Under the pieces are notes generated by a model, which was not told the DNA's origin, searched no databases, and saw only the letters and a list, made by a program, of their open reading frames with translations. From NCBI RefSeq assembly GCF_006345805.1, contig NW_021824661.1, positions 1-36,914 on the forward strand: a stretch of 36,914 bases of DNA, written 5' to 3'. Made by a program: the position numbers and the translations under genes. This DNA is from Octopus sinensis (Eukaryota). Shown here in pieces: positions 10,866-23,094 of the stretch; position 1 is the stretch's first letter; the number at the start of each line of letters is the position of its first letter.

Positions 10866-11407
10866 GGTAGTAAAGGTTATGGCAGTTTTGATTAGCCTTC
10901 CTTACGTCCGGGGCGGAGACGGCGGTGACAGCGTGGGTAGTGGTGGCGGTGGTGGTTATGGTGGTAGCTGCGGTGGCGGTGGTGGTGGTGGTGGTAATGT
11001 ATTGTTCTTTTAAAAGGTGTTTTGGAATTTGACAATGCTGCAATAATTGCTGCTGCCGATGCGGTAGTTTCGGTAGTAGGCATCTTTTATTTTTTTGTTC
11101 TTGCTGTTGGCAATGAAATCACGTCGACGTTGATGCTGATGTTCGTATTACCGATGATATTGATGATGCCGAATATTTTGCTGTTTTTTTTTTATATATC
11201 GTTTTATGATCGGCCATATTCAATTATTTATTTATTTACTTTCCTATTTGTTTATATAATTTACATAATCAAATGACATATTGCAACACGCCGATACCCC
11301 GAAACGCACGTTTTTCTACACAAATGTACTTGGACATTGTGTGTGTGTACATACTTGGAGAGGTACACGCGTACATTATCAGTGATTAACTAATATACAC
11401 ACATACA

Positions 11408-11434
11408 ATAATAATAATAATAATAATAATAATG

Positions 11435-11474
<40 letters not shown>

Positions 11475-11607
11475 TAATAATAATAATAATGATAATAATA
11501 ATAATATGATAATAATAATAATAATAATAATATAATAATAATAATAATAATAAAAATAATAATGATAATATATAATAATAATAATAATAATTTACACACA
11601 CACACAC
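11408..11607. repeat. (AAT)n array then (CA)n
   Basis: Direct reading. Confidence 0.95.
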
Positions 11608-11639
11608 AGACTACACAAGCAGACCTCATTTGTTTCCAA

Positions 11640-12420
11640 TCAGAAGTTGACTCACTGCATGTTTGACTCATAACATAACGGAAGATCTAGTAACGTCTCC
11701 TCAGTACAAAATTCTAAACATTTCCTGCAGAAGAGAATTAATAATGTACGTACATGATTTCTCACATGACCCTTTTGACGTCAAATGCTTTATAGTTGCT
11801 GAAGTGTCTTGCTTGACCAATATAGCTTTAAAATCTACGGTTACTGTGAAGGCATATTATAGAACAATCGGAATTCCACGGAAGCCTTGGTTCCGTGCAG
11901 TCTGCCAATCTTCAGTTTGCAATCCTCAGATTCTCTGGTAATTTCTTTTTCAGAGTGCTGGAATCTAAGCTACATCGCACTCGGTAACTGAGAGCAATAT
12001 CGAACAAGATATTTCTAAGTAGACTGGTCCTCACGGTATTCAACCGAGTGTCTTCTTATGTCTTCTCTTGTCCATTAGGTGACAGAGACAACACCTACTT
12101 CAACAATGAAGAACTGTTTAGACATTTTAGCACCATTTATGTGAATTACACCAATGCTGGAATAGAATATGCGCAAGAAAGCAGTGGAAATATTAAAATG
12201 TCTTTTTCTTTCTGTTCTAATGAGACGAAAGATGTTAAACAAACGGCCGGCAGTTATAATATTGTGAGTGGCATTAGAGGATTTGCACGTTCCGACATGC
12301 TAACCTCCTCTGTTCCAAAGTATATGGACAGAGGGCGTGCATCGTATAGTCAGCTGGTGACGATGTCTCCTGGCACTAAGCAACAGTAGGATTCGCCCCA
12401 AACTGGGACTAATACCTTAG
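11640..12420 (-). mobile_element. Possible heavily decayed Penelope-like element ORF remnant (RT thumb and GIY-YIG)
   Basis: Minus-strand fragments across frameshifts: LIRT..R...IS..NG, LKKKL, RLPWNSDCSII/YAFT..SYIGQARH, IKHL, TRSSV, resembling PLE GIY-YIG motifs. Non-microsatellite island next to a hammerhead. Motif spacing is imperfect and orientation is not certain. Confidence 0.4.
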
Positions 12421-12462
12421 GTTGGCAAAAAGTCGTTACTTTATATACATATAAATGTATAT

Positions 12463-12506
<44 letters not shown>

Positions 12507-12515
12507 TATATATAT

Positions 12516-12553
<38 letters not shown>

Positions 12554-12554
12554 T

Positions 12555-12840
12555 AAAAAAATGGAGTAAAACGCAGGTGGTAATCAAATTCTTTTACTTC
12601 GGTTAATATGGCTTATTGGTGTGCTTTGTTTCCTTTCCTTTTTTCCCTGACGAGATGATAATGTTTTTTTCGAAACATATGTCGGAAGTATAAAGGTTTG
12701 AATAAAACCGCATTTAGCTCCATTTCTTACTTTATCTATGTTAACCAAAAACATTTCACCAAACCCTGTAATTTCTAACTTTATAAGTCGGCCGTAACAT
12801 CCTCGGTATTTATGTGAATTTGTGCCACCCTGGTAACGAT
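12555..12840 (+). mobile_element. Probable Penelope-like pseudo-LTR/terminal repeat carrying the hammerhead
   Basis: 12558-12598 and 12761-12837 align with 29352-29392 and 29400-29472 (AAATGGAG..AACGCAG..TCAAATT..TTTACT; ..ACATCCT..GTGAAT..CCCTGGTAAC). Both copies start right after a dinucleotide microsatellite. Confidence 0.5.
12643..12687 (+). ncRNA. Minimal type-I hammerhead ribozyme motif
   Basis: UUCC-CUGACGA(12647-53)-GA...UC-GAAA(12672-75)-CAUAUG-UC(12682-83)-GGAA. All core nucleotides present, GUC cleavage triplet, 4-5 bp stem I, weak stem II, palindromic stem III ACAUAUGU. Confidence 0.72.
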
Positions 12841-12893
12841 TTAGTTATTTATTCCGTGTTATTTGTACACACTGAAAAAGTACACATACATTT

Positions 12894-12947
<54 letters not shown>

Positions 12948-13419
12948 TATACATACATGTTGATAGATGAATAGGTAGATAAAAATATGGATTTGTTATT
13001 GGTTTGATGTGTAAGGCAACGGCAGACAATTCTCCACATTGCACGTAGGACATCGAAGTGCAATGCACGAAAATTTCAGCCCATGAGACTCTTACGTATT
13101 TTCACTCTCCAATATATAAATAGATATACACACAGCTGCATTCATATACATGCATATATACATACATACATACATAATCTAGCATAAATACGTGTATATA
13201 AACATGCGTGTCTGTAAGTGTGTTTGCTATGAAAATATATATCTGTGTGTGTGTGTGTGTCTGTCAGTCTATTTGTGTGTCTGTTTGTCCTTCTATGTGT
13301 CTCTCTATCGGTGTGTGTATATTAATGCATTAACGTATGTACATGTATAAATTTTACTGACCGAACAGCATGACAATAAAATCCATATTTAATTCAATAT
13401 CACCATGTTCGTTTTAATG

Positions 13420-13560
13420 ATCATCATCATCATCATCATCCCCATCGTTATCATCATCAACGCCATTATCATTATCAGCATCATTTTATTTATTTATTTG
13501 TTTATTTATTTATGATTACCATCATCATCATCATCATCATTATTATTATTATTATTATTA

Positions 13561-13611
<51 letters not shown>

Positions 13612-13773
13612 CATCATAATAATTGTTATTATTATTATTATCATTATTATTATTATTATTGTTGTTGTTGTTGTTGTTGTTTTTGTTATGTTTGTTGTTG
13701 CAGCAGTGATTATCATCATCAACATCATCAGCACGGTCATCATCATCATCACCACAACAAACACCACTACCAA

Positions 13774-13820
<47 letters not shown>

Positions 13821-13870
13821 CTATCATCATCATCATCATCATCATCATCACTATCATCACCACCGTCATC
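13420..13870. repeat. (CAT)/(ATT)/(GTT) trinucleotide mosaic
   Basis: Direct reading. Confidence 0.95.
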
Positions 13871-14109
13871 GCTGAATAACAAGTGGAGTTTAGCAATACT
13901 CAACGTTAATATTTCTAGGCTACTTTATTAAAACAGCGCCCCCCCTCTTCAGAATTTTAACCGAAAATTTTCTCTCAAAGATTCATATTATGAAATTCAA
14001 AGATTTTAATCTAAAATAAAACCATTGAAATTTATTGACGAAAGGTGTGGGGAAACAGATGTGGGTGCGGTGTGGAGGGAAGCGGAGGTAATAACGAAAG
14101 TAATGGGGG

Positions 14110-14154
14110 ATATATGTACATGCATATATGCCTATGTGTATATATACATGTATA

Positions 14155-14214
<60 letters not shown>

Positions 14215-14237
14215 AAGAGCCATAAACATATACACAA

Positions 14238-14273
<36 letters not shown>

Positions 14274-14434
14274 CCATGTGTACGTGCATGCATGTATGGG
14301 TACATATATATATATACATATATATGTGTGTGTGTTTGTGTGTGTGTGGTTGCGTGTGTGTGTGTTACATTAATAGGTACATGCTAATGCACATGTACTT
14401 AGTTATATACATATACATACACACGCACACATAT

Positions 14435-14476
<42 letters not shown>

Positions 14477-14549
14477 GCCCAAATATAAATATAAGTTCAT
14501 ATAATTATATACATGTATATGTCTCCATATGCATATATCCTTATATATA

Positions 14550-14589
<40 letters not shown>

Positions 14590-14610
14590 TTATATGTATA
14601 TTTGTGTATG
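14110..14610. repeat. (TA)/(TG)/(CA) degenerate dinucleotide array
   Basis: Direct reading. Confidence 0.93.
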
Positions 14611-15359
14611 TATTATTCCATATTAAATGTATTTATTTGTTTGTTTTCTATGGGGTTTTTATTTTTTTTTTGTTTTGCTTTTCGTTTTGTTTTCTTTTTT
14701 TTTATTAATTTCTTTTATTTTTACGTTTAGACTCTACCTAATATTAATAATATCAAGTATGTATTCTTCGCTATTCCAACTGACAGAAGAAATGGATTAG
14801 AATTGCAAACTTCACTGAAACATTGCGGAAGAGAGGGGTACCGGTGTTGGTGCTGGTAAAATTTTGGAGTATTTATTTTTATTCTTTCTTGCTTTTGGTA
14901 TTATTATATAATGCTGTTTATACGTTACCTGTTTTATTTATGTTTTAATACCTTCAATATTTTCTGATTTAATATATATCCATTAATCTTGATTGTCAAC
15001 GAATTTAGTGATCAATGGATTCGCATTTCATCAATGCGGATGGATTCTACTCTGGAATTTCAGATCTGATTTGGTTTCCTCTATTTTCTTTTATTTTTCC
15101 CTTTTTTTTCTTTCTGTTTTTTTTTTAGATATTTTATCATACTTTATTTTATTTTGTTTTTTATTTATTTATTACATATAAAAAAACAACATTAAAGAAA
15201 TGTAGAAAACCATTCCTGTGCAGCTTTCAACAGCAGCAAATATTCGAAAATGCGACAAAACGATTTGTTTGTAGCGATTGTGATAGCAGCATCAAAGGTA
15301 TTTAACAGTGCTGTGGTGGTTTTTGTAGCAATGTTTTACGTTTATCGTTATTTTCTATC

Positions 15360-16815
<1,456 letters not shown>

Positions 16816-17369
16816 AGATATTCACACAGGTCTCTTGACATCATTAATAAACCCAAACCCAATTAAATGCATCGCAATAGGATAGCATGCCGGCAACAAA
16901 CTTTGAAACTGTGTGTAACATGATCTGACAGTTTTATATAATTATAAAAATGATTCGATATAAACTCTGTATTGATGATGCTGGATATCATATAGATCTA
17001 ATATTGATCCATTTCATACATACTATAGCTGTGCCAGAAAGGATTGTCATCACTGCTGACACAACGAGAATGAGTAAAATATAATACACTATAATTCGCT
17101 ATTTTACTTTATTCATCACTCACAGCTCCTTTTTTCATAAATGGATTTACTTCTTCGTAGTTGCTTATGTTTTTCGAAAACTGCTTATATTCTGGGTTTT
17201 TTTTTTTTGTCTATGATGAACACTAACTGCTCCAGTCCTTCAATAAGCGAATTACGCCTATTCTGTCTTTGCTGTCTGCCTTTTCTGTGTCAGAAATGTC
17301 ATCACCATTGCAAATATCATCAACTCCCTCCCTAGTCGTTGTCGTTATTGCTAGCTTCACCGACTTCAG

Positions 17370-17504
17370 TATCGTCGTCGTCGTAATCATCATCATCGTG
17401 TCCTACCACTACCGTCATCATCATCATCATCATCATTATCATTATCATTGTCATTATCATCGTCGTCGTCGTCGTCATCACCGTCATCGTCGTCTTGGTC
17501 ATCG

Positions 17505-17556
<52 letters not shown>

Positions 17557-18043
17557 GTTCTACACCACTACCACCACCATTACTACCACCATCGTTATCA
17601 TCATCATTATCATTGTCATCGTTAACATCATCATCGTCGTTCTGTTCATCGTCGCCGTCATCGTCGTCTTCCTCATCACTGTCATCGTCGTCTTTGTCCT
17701 CGTCATCATCATCATCAATATCGTCGTCATCGTCATCATCATCATCAACGTCATCATCATCATCATCATCATTATCATTGTCATCATCATCATCACATCA
17801 TCATCATCATCATCATCATGTTCTACACCACTACCACCACCATTACTACCACCATCGTTATCATCATCATTATCATTGTCATCGTTAACATCATCATCGT
17901 CGTTCTGTTCATCGTCGCCGTCATCGTCGTCTTCCTCATCACTGTCATCGTCGTCTTTGTCCTCGTCATCATCATCATCAATATCGTCGTCATCGTCATC
18001 ATCATCATCAACGTCATCATCATCATCATCATCATTATCATTG

Positions 18044-18074
<31 letters not shown>

Positions 18075-18270
18075 TATCATTGTCATTGTCATCATCATCG
18101 TCGTCGTCGTCATCATCACCGTCATCATCGTCGTCGTCGTCGTCACCATCATCGTCATCATCATCGTCATCTTCACCATCTTCATCATTGTCATCATCAT
18201 TATTCATGAGATTCATTCTCATTATCACCAACACTATCATCGTCACAGCCGACGTTATCCTTATCATCAT
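17370..18270. repeat. (CAT)/(CGT) mosaic containing a 263-bp tandem duplication (17555-17817 and 17818-~18080)
   Basis: ATGTTCTACACCACTACC..GTTCTGTTC..CTTTGTCCTC..ATCAATATCG..ATCAACG..ATTATCATTG recurs at an offset of exactly 263. Confidence 0.93.
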
Positions 18271-18489
18271 TTTCTTCACTACTAGAATCATATAGGCTGA
18301 ACATTTTTTTCAGATATTTCTCCATTCGTAGAATTAACAGCAGAAGTGTTACAATCTTTGATAGAATCAATACATTTGTATTTACTGATTGAATAATCTT
18401 GGCATTTTTTCTTTTTATATCTTTTGACAGCATTTTTTCTTTTTATATTTGGCTCGAGGTATCACATTGATTCATCATTTTCTCTACCC

Positions 18490-19135
18490 CCACCATCGAA
18501 CATAATTTCAGAACAAATCGTCACCAGGCAAGAGCGATGGTGTTTTAGTAATGTAATCTAATATATCTCGAAATACATACAGGGAAATCTTCGCCGGAAA
18601 TGCATTTTTGAATGCTTCCATACACAAGCATTTGCTCATTTTAGCCAACATTCTTTCATAACATATTTATAATGATGCAAGGAATTCTTGGCCAGATAGT
18701 TAACTGTATTAGAGCCATCCAATCTGCAGGAAATATCGAGGATTGATATAAATTATTGAAACATCTCTTAAAGGATTAGACACCGACGAATAACAAATTA
18801 TTATATTTGCCCTCCAGGCCATATTTCCTCTAGTGTTTATAACCTGCTAATGTAAAATATTTATTAAGACAATCAGACGAAAATATCATGCTGGGATCCA
18901 TGCTTTCTTTCTTAGGGAAGGGGGTATTTATTCTCAAAGATTATAAAGATACGTCCCTGACAGCGATTACGTGAGCGTTTGCCTACAACAGCAAATTTAT
19001 TAAAGGCTGTCAGCTCCATTTACTCATCTAATTATACTTCATCAGTCGCTGGCAGCTTTAAATCCTGAAGTCAGTCACTCAACAGATATAGAGAACGCAG
19101 TATAACAATACCTCAAAATGTTTATGCCATCAGCA
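18490..19135 (-). mobile_element. Possible highly decayed LINE reverse-transcriptase remnant (CR1-like)
   Basis: Minus strand at 18703-18768 gives CFNNLYQSSIFPADW, like the FNxSLxxGxFPxxW motif, with weak downstream PIAL/VTICSEIM. Many stops and the spacing is off. Confidence 0.35.
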
Positions 19136-19149
19136 TTAAACACTTAATC

Positions 19150-19262
19150 GTGGAGGCGCAATGGCCCAGTGGTTAGGGCAGCGGACTCGCGGTCATAGGA
19201 TCGCGGTTTCGATTCCCAGTTCGGGCGTTGTGAGTGTTTATTGAGCGAAACGGAGTGCTTCG
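19150..19262 (+). mobile_element. Family-C mini-SINE: tRNA head fused to the last ~12 nt of tail A
   Basis: GTGGAGGCGCAATGGCCCAGTGGTTAGGGC..GGTTTCGATTCCC..TTGAGCGAAA|CGGAGTGCTTCG. 12-bp TSD AAACACTTAATC at 19138-19149 and 19263-19274. Confidence 0.9.
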
Positions 19263-19539
19263 AAACACTTAATCTCTTGCGAATGAGAATATTTGCAGAC
19301 CTATCCACGAAATTTGCAGTTTTATTTCAATATATTAAAACATGCATTTTGCATTTTTTTCAGTTTTTGGTAACCTTTCTGACTAATATACACAAATGCT
19401 TAAAAACTGGCTGCTTTATCATAAGTGCTTCTGAGTTTCATTATTATCTTCCATCAAACAGCCATACTCTTATTCTAACTCTGACAAATCCACTCCCTCG
19501 AGAGACAATCATTATATGTCTTGCAACTTGCACATGCAA

Positions 19540-19945
19540 GTGCTACCAGTTAAAAGCTCCGTATATAGGAAGCTAGCAAGTGTATGGGGACATCAGGAGA
19601 GAATGCGTGCCGTTTCGGGGCCTACCTCTCGATGGCATCAATGCGCACCGGCCCCCCTCACTGATATGAGGCCCCGCTTGCTATATCAGCTGGTTATGAA
19701 GAACTCAATATACTTCTAGCCATCGCTCATCGTCTCTTTTTAACCAAATCCAGTGGCTAGCCTTCTCCACTGTAGATTGGATATCAGTCATGGTGGTATT
19801 GATGAGTTAGGCCTAACGATAACAACAGTCGTCTCACGCTGTGTCCTACAAACCCTCTACATCCGACTTCGATAGGAAAATGTTCCGCTTTCCAGCCTGC
19901 GTCTTCACATTCCTCGAGGAGGTTTTCATAACGGTTTAATATTAT
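19540..19945 (-). mobile_element. 3' remnant of a HERO-like (R2/NeSL-group) non-LTR retrotransposon with restriction-like endonuclease
   Basis: Minus strand: LNRYENLLEECEDAGWKAEHFPIEVGCRGFVGHSVRRLLLSLGL (frameshift) MTDIQSTVEKASHWIWLKRDDERW. This is the KY..L..EC..GW...P.EVGCRGF..W.W.KR signature, followed by a GC-rich putative 3' UTR. Confidence 0.8.
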
Positions 19946-20195
19946 TTATAGAATGTCGACACAGAACTTAACAGTTTGAATTCTGCTTAGTGTCATCAGA
20001 ACAGTTTATTCCAACGACAAATTCCTCTGCCACCCGCTTTTATATTACAGTTGTAGTCTTCCCAGTCATTTCACTTCTGCTGCTTTCAATGAAAATGCTT
20101 CTTGTTCTTCGTTGTCGATTCCGCAAAGGAACACTTTTAACAATGTGTGGAGCATAAACCACATGATCAGTGAAATATGCGCAAGGGTGGTGTCA

Positions 20196-20417
20196 TACTC
20201 TCTCTCTTTTCTCTTTTACTTGTTTCAGTCATTTGACTGCGGCCATGCTGGAGCACCGCCTTTATTTGAGCAAATCGACCCCGGGACTTATTCTTTTTAA
20301 GCCCAGTACTTATTCTATCGGTCTCTTTTGCCGAACCGCTAAGTGACGGGGACGTAAACACACCAGCATCGGTTGTCAAGCAATGCTAGGGGGACAAATA
20401 CACACACACACGCATAC

Positions 20418-20448
<31 letters not shown>

Positions 20449-20615
20449 TACTACAGGATTCTTTCAGTTTCCGTCTACCAAATCCACTCACAAGGCATTG
20501 GTCGGCCCGGGGCTATAGCAAAGGACACTTGCCCAAGATGCCACGCAGTGGGCCTGAACCCGGAACCATGTGGTTGGTTAGCAAGCTACTTACCACACAG
20601 CCACTCCTGCGCCTA
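20196..20615 (-). mobile_element. Family-A CORE-type SINE, full length
   Basis: Same structure as 385-800. Confidence 0.92.
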
Positions 20616-20825
20616 TGACAGCTAATGATATTAAACTTTTATCTATTTCAGTAAAAAAAAAATATTGATGACGGGCAGTCCCAACATGATTTTCCAATTC
20701 TTTAATAGTAGCAGGGATACATTTCGTTCGAAGGAAACATTCCAGAGTCTCTCGAATTTTCATTGTTCTGTTTGAGTTAATGAAACTTTCAAACCTTGTA
20801 GGTAATGGATAGGGGAATTATGAAT

Positions 20826-20862
20826 AACTAGCAGTATCGCCCGGCGTTGCTCGGGTTTGTAA
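20826..20862 (+). mobile_element. Possible 5' end fragment of a Helitron-like non-autonomous repeat
   Basis: ACTAGCAGTATCGCCCGGCGTTGCTCGGG resembles the ACTAG..CCCG..TTGC..GGG 5' termini of invertebrate Helitron-like repeats. Only ~35 bp present. Confidence 0.35.
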
Positions 20863-20886
20863 ATATAAACCATCCGATATATACAC

Positions 20887-21192
20887 GTGGAGGCGCAATG
20901 GCCCAGTGGTTAGGGCAGCGGACTCGCGGTCGTAGGATCGCGGTTTCGATTCCCAGACCAGACGTTGTGAGTGTTTAAACACCTAAAGATCCACGAGGCT
21001 CCGGCAGGTGGGGGGGGCGATCTCTGCTGTACTCTTTCGCCACAACTTTCTCTCACTCTTTCTTCTGTTGGCCTGCTCGCTTAGCCAGCGGCGTGGCGTT
21101 ATTTGAAGGCTAAAACAATGCGAAGCGCATTGTGACCAGCGATATGTAGCAACATCTGATAGCCTGGTCGATCACGGTGATCTCACGGTGAT
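20887..21192 (+). mobile_element. Family-C SINE, tail type B
   Basis: Same head and body as 1365-1744 up to CTGTTG (21070), then a different 3' region ending in (CACGGTGAT)2. Candidate TSD ATATATACAC at 20877 and 21211. Confidence 0.88.
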
Positions 21193-21193
21193 G

Positions 21194-21225
<32 letters not shown>

Positions 21226-22379
21226 ATTGCACATCACAAATATATAAATTAATTAAATTTTTCCAAAAGAAAGAAGGACCGTAGAAACCCAAATATTTAA
21301 CTGTAGAACTCTACCCTCTCAACACCACAACACATGAAACACCACACGTACACGAATGAAGTACAGAAAGAACGCCATTACGAGAAATGGTAAATCAAAA
21401 ATAACACAGGGTTCAGAGTTGTTGCACGATATAATTTAATATGATAAACAATAAACAAAGCGCACACACATGTACACGAACACACACGCATACTCACACA
21501 GCCGCGCACACACACATACTTATATACACACATATATAAACTCGCGCTAGTATAAAACATTAAAACAATTATGTCTTCTAAGCTGATGGTTTAATCTGTA
21601 AGTAAATGCAAACAAGTTACTGTTTTCGTGTGCCAAACATAATTATATAGACTGTAAAATGTGTTTAGGTTTGAGAGTTAATTAGTGTTTCCCTGCAACA
21701 TTTTGTTCATTAAGTTGAAAGTCAAAATACATTCTTCTGATTAAAATAATTGCTGCTCTTTTTTTCTACGATTATTTTTGATTTGTATTTTTTTTTTATT
21801 GGTTTCGTTTTGTTTTTGCCTTTTTTTTTTTTTGGCATAACATAATTAGCAAAAGTAAATATAAGTCTTCCTCGCATCCGCCATCTTGCAAATTGGATCC
21901 GCTGCTGGAACGTATGTCGCCACATCGTTTATTTATCACAATGTCACACACCTGATGTTGTATTTCATTACTCGACAAGGGCACATCAAAATCTGTTGAC
22001 ATACACCAGCGAGTGACGTGATATCAAAACCCTTAACTGAAACAAACAGCTGAAAGCAGCCTTAGGGGAAATTGATGTCAGTAAATGACTAGAAGATGTC
22101 ATTTAGTAATGATAAGGGCTTGCCAAACTCTATACAACTATAGTCTTTGCACAAGGGAATCATTTGTCTAGAGGGGAATTTTGCATAAAAGGACGAATGA
22201 CAAAAAGGGAAAAGAGAAGAGAAGATGAGATGAAAATTATACATAGTAATCAAACCTTGCTAAAAATATGGTCAGTGTCTTCGCATACGGGAAAGCTCTT
22301 TCTAGAACCAATGAGAGAGCTCCACAAATTAAAGATCGCATTTAGCATAGATAACACAAGTTCTTGTTCAGCCACTGCC

Positions 22380-22569
<190 letters not shown>

Positions 22570-22570
<1 letters not shown>

Positions 22571-22750
22571 TTTTTTTCTCTCCTTGTTTCTCTCCGTGTT
22601 TCTTTTCTGTGTATCTTCCTGTTGAAGAGCGTAGGCTCGAAACGTAAAAGACTTGTTTTATTTATATTCCTGAGCGCCATACTAATACAATTGTTTGTTT
22701 GTATTTCACCTGCCTTCGTCTTTTGTTTATTTTCATAAAGCTTCCCGTTA
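22570..22750 (+). mobile_element. Dispersed repeat with hammerhead-like motif (copy 2 of 3)
   Basis: CTGTTGA-A-GAGC-GTAG-GCTC-GAAA-CG-TA-AAAGA at 22619-22651. Homologous to 5195-5350 and 26808-26960. Confidence 0.72.
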
Positions 22751-22773
22751 CATAGAAAGATAGATGGATAGAG

Positions 22774-22930
22774 ACGACGGGCTTTTCTCAGTTTCCGTCC
22801 ACCAAATTCACTCGCAAGGCTTTGGTCAGCCCAAGGCTACAGTAGAAGCCACCTGGCCAAGGTGCCAGGTAGTGAGACTGAAAGCAGATCAATGTGGTTG
22901 GAAAGTAATCTTCTTACCACTCCAGCGCCT
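22774..22930 (-). mobile_element. Diverged 5' half (tRNA head plus CORE) of a family-A-related SINE
   Basis: CAGTTTCCGTCCACCAAATTCACTC..GCTTTGGTCAGCCCAAGGCTAC..CCAAGGTGCC matches the minus-strand family-A pattern. Confidence 0.75.
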
Positions 22931-23094
22931 AAAGCTTCATCCACGCGTTGGCCACTCCTATGATTGTTTTAACAATAATAAAGCTAGATATGTGTGTGTA
23001 TGTGCGTGCCTGCTGGCGTGGGTATGTTTGTTTCTTTGTTTATAACCTAAAACCGCGTGACAACAAGTAACGGTTTCTTTACAACCCAGATACT

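Noticed and set aside
11655-11712. Minus-strand CTGAGGAGAC..GTCAAAC, hammerhead-like
   Set aside because: G12 is missing and there is no valid cleavage triplet or stem I.
13035-13075. Hairpin CATTGCAC..GTGCAATG with a miR-92-like seed, and a CPTC peptide on the minus strand
   Set aside because: The stem is only 8 bp, there is no match to miR-92 beyond the seed, and the peptide is too short to call.
17021-17082. Candidate 45-nt exon (TAG|CTGTGCCAGAAAGG..AATGA|GTAAAA, peptide VPERIVITADTTRM)
   Set aside because: Weak pyrimidine tract, and such signals are expected by chance in AT-rich DNA.
19150-19225. tRNA-like sequences (also 20887, 5460 and other SINE heads)
   Set aside because: A and B boxes are present but acceptor and anticodon stems do not pair properly, and they continue into SINE bodies with TSDs. 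They are not tRNA genes.
20191-20620. TGTCATA / TATGACA inverted flanks around a family-A SINE
   Set aside because: A 7-bp inverted match is plausible by chance and is not seen at other copies.
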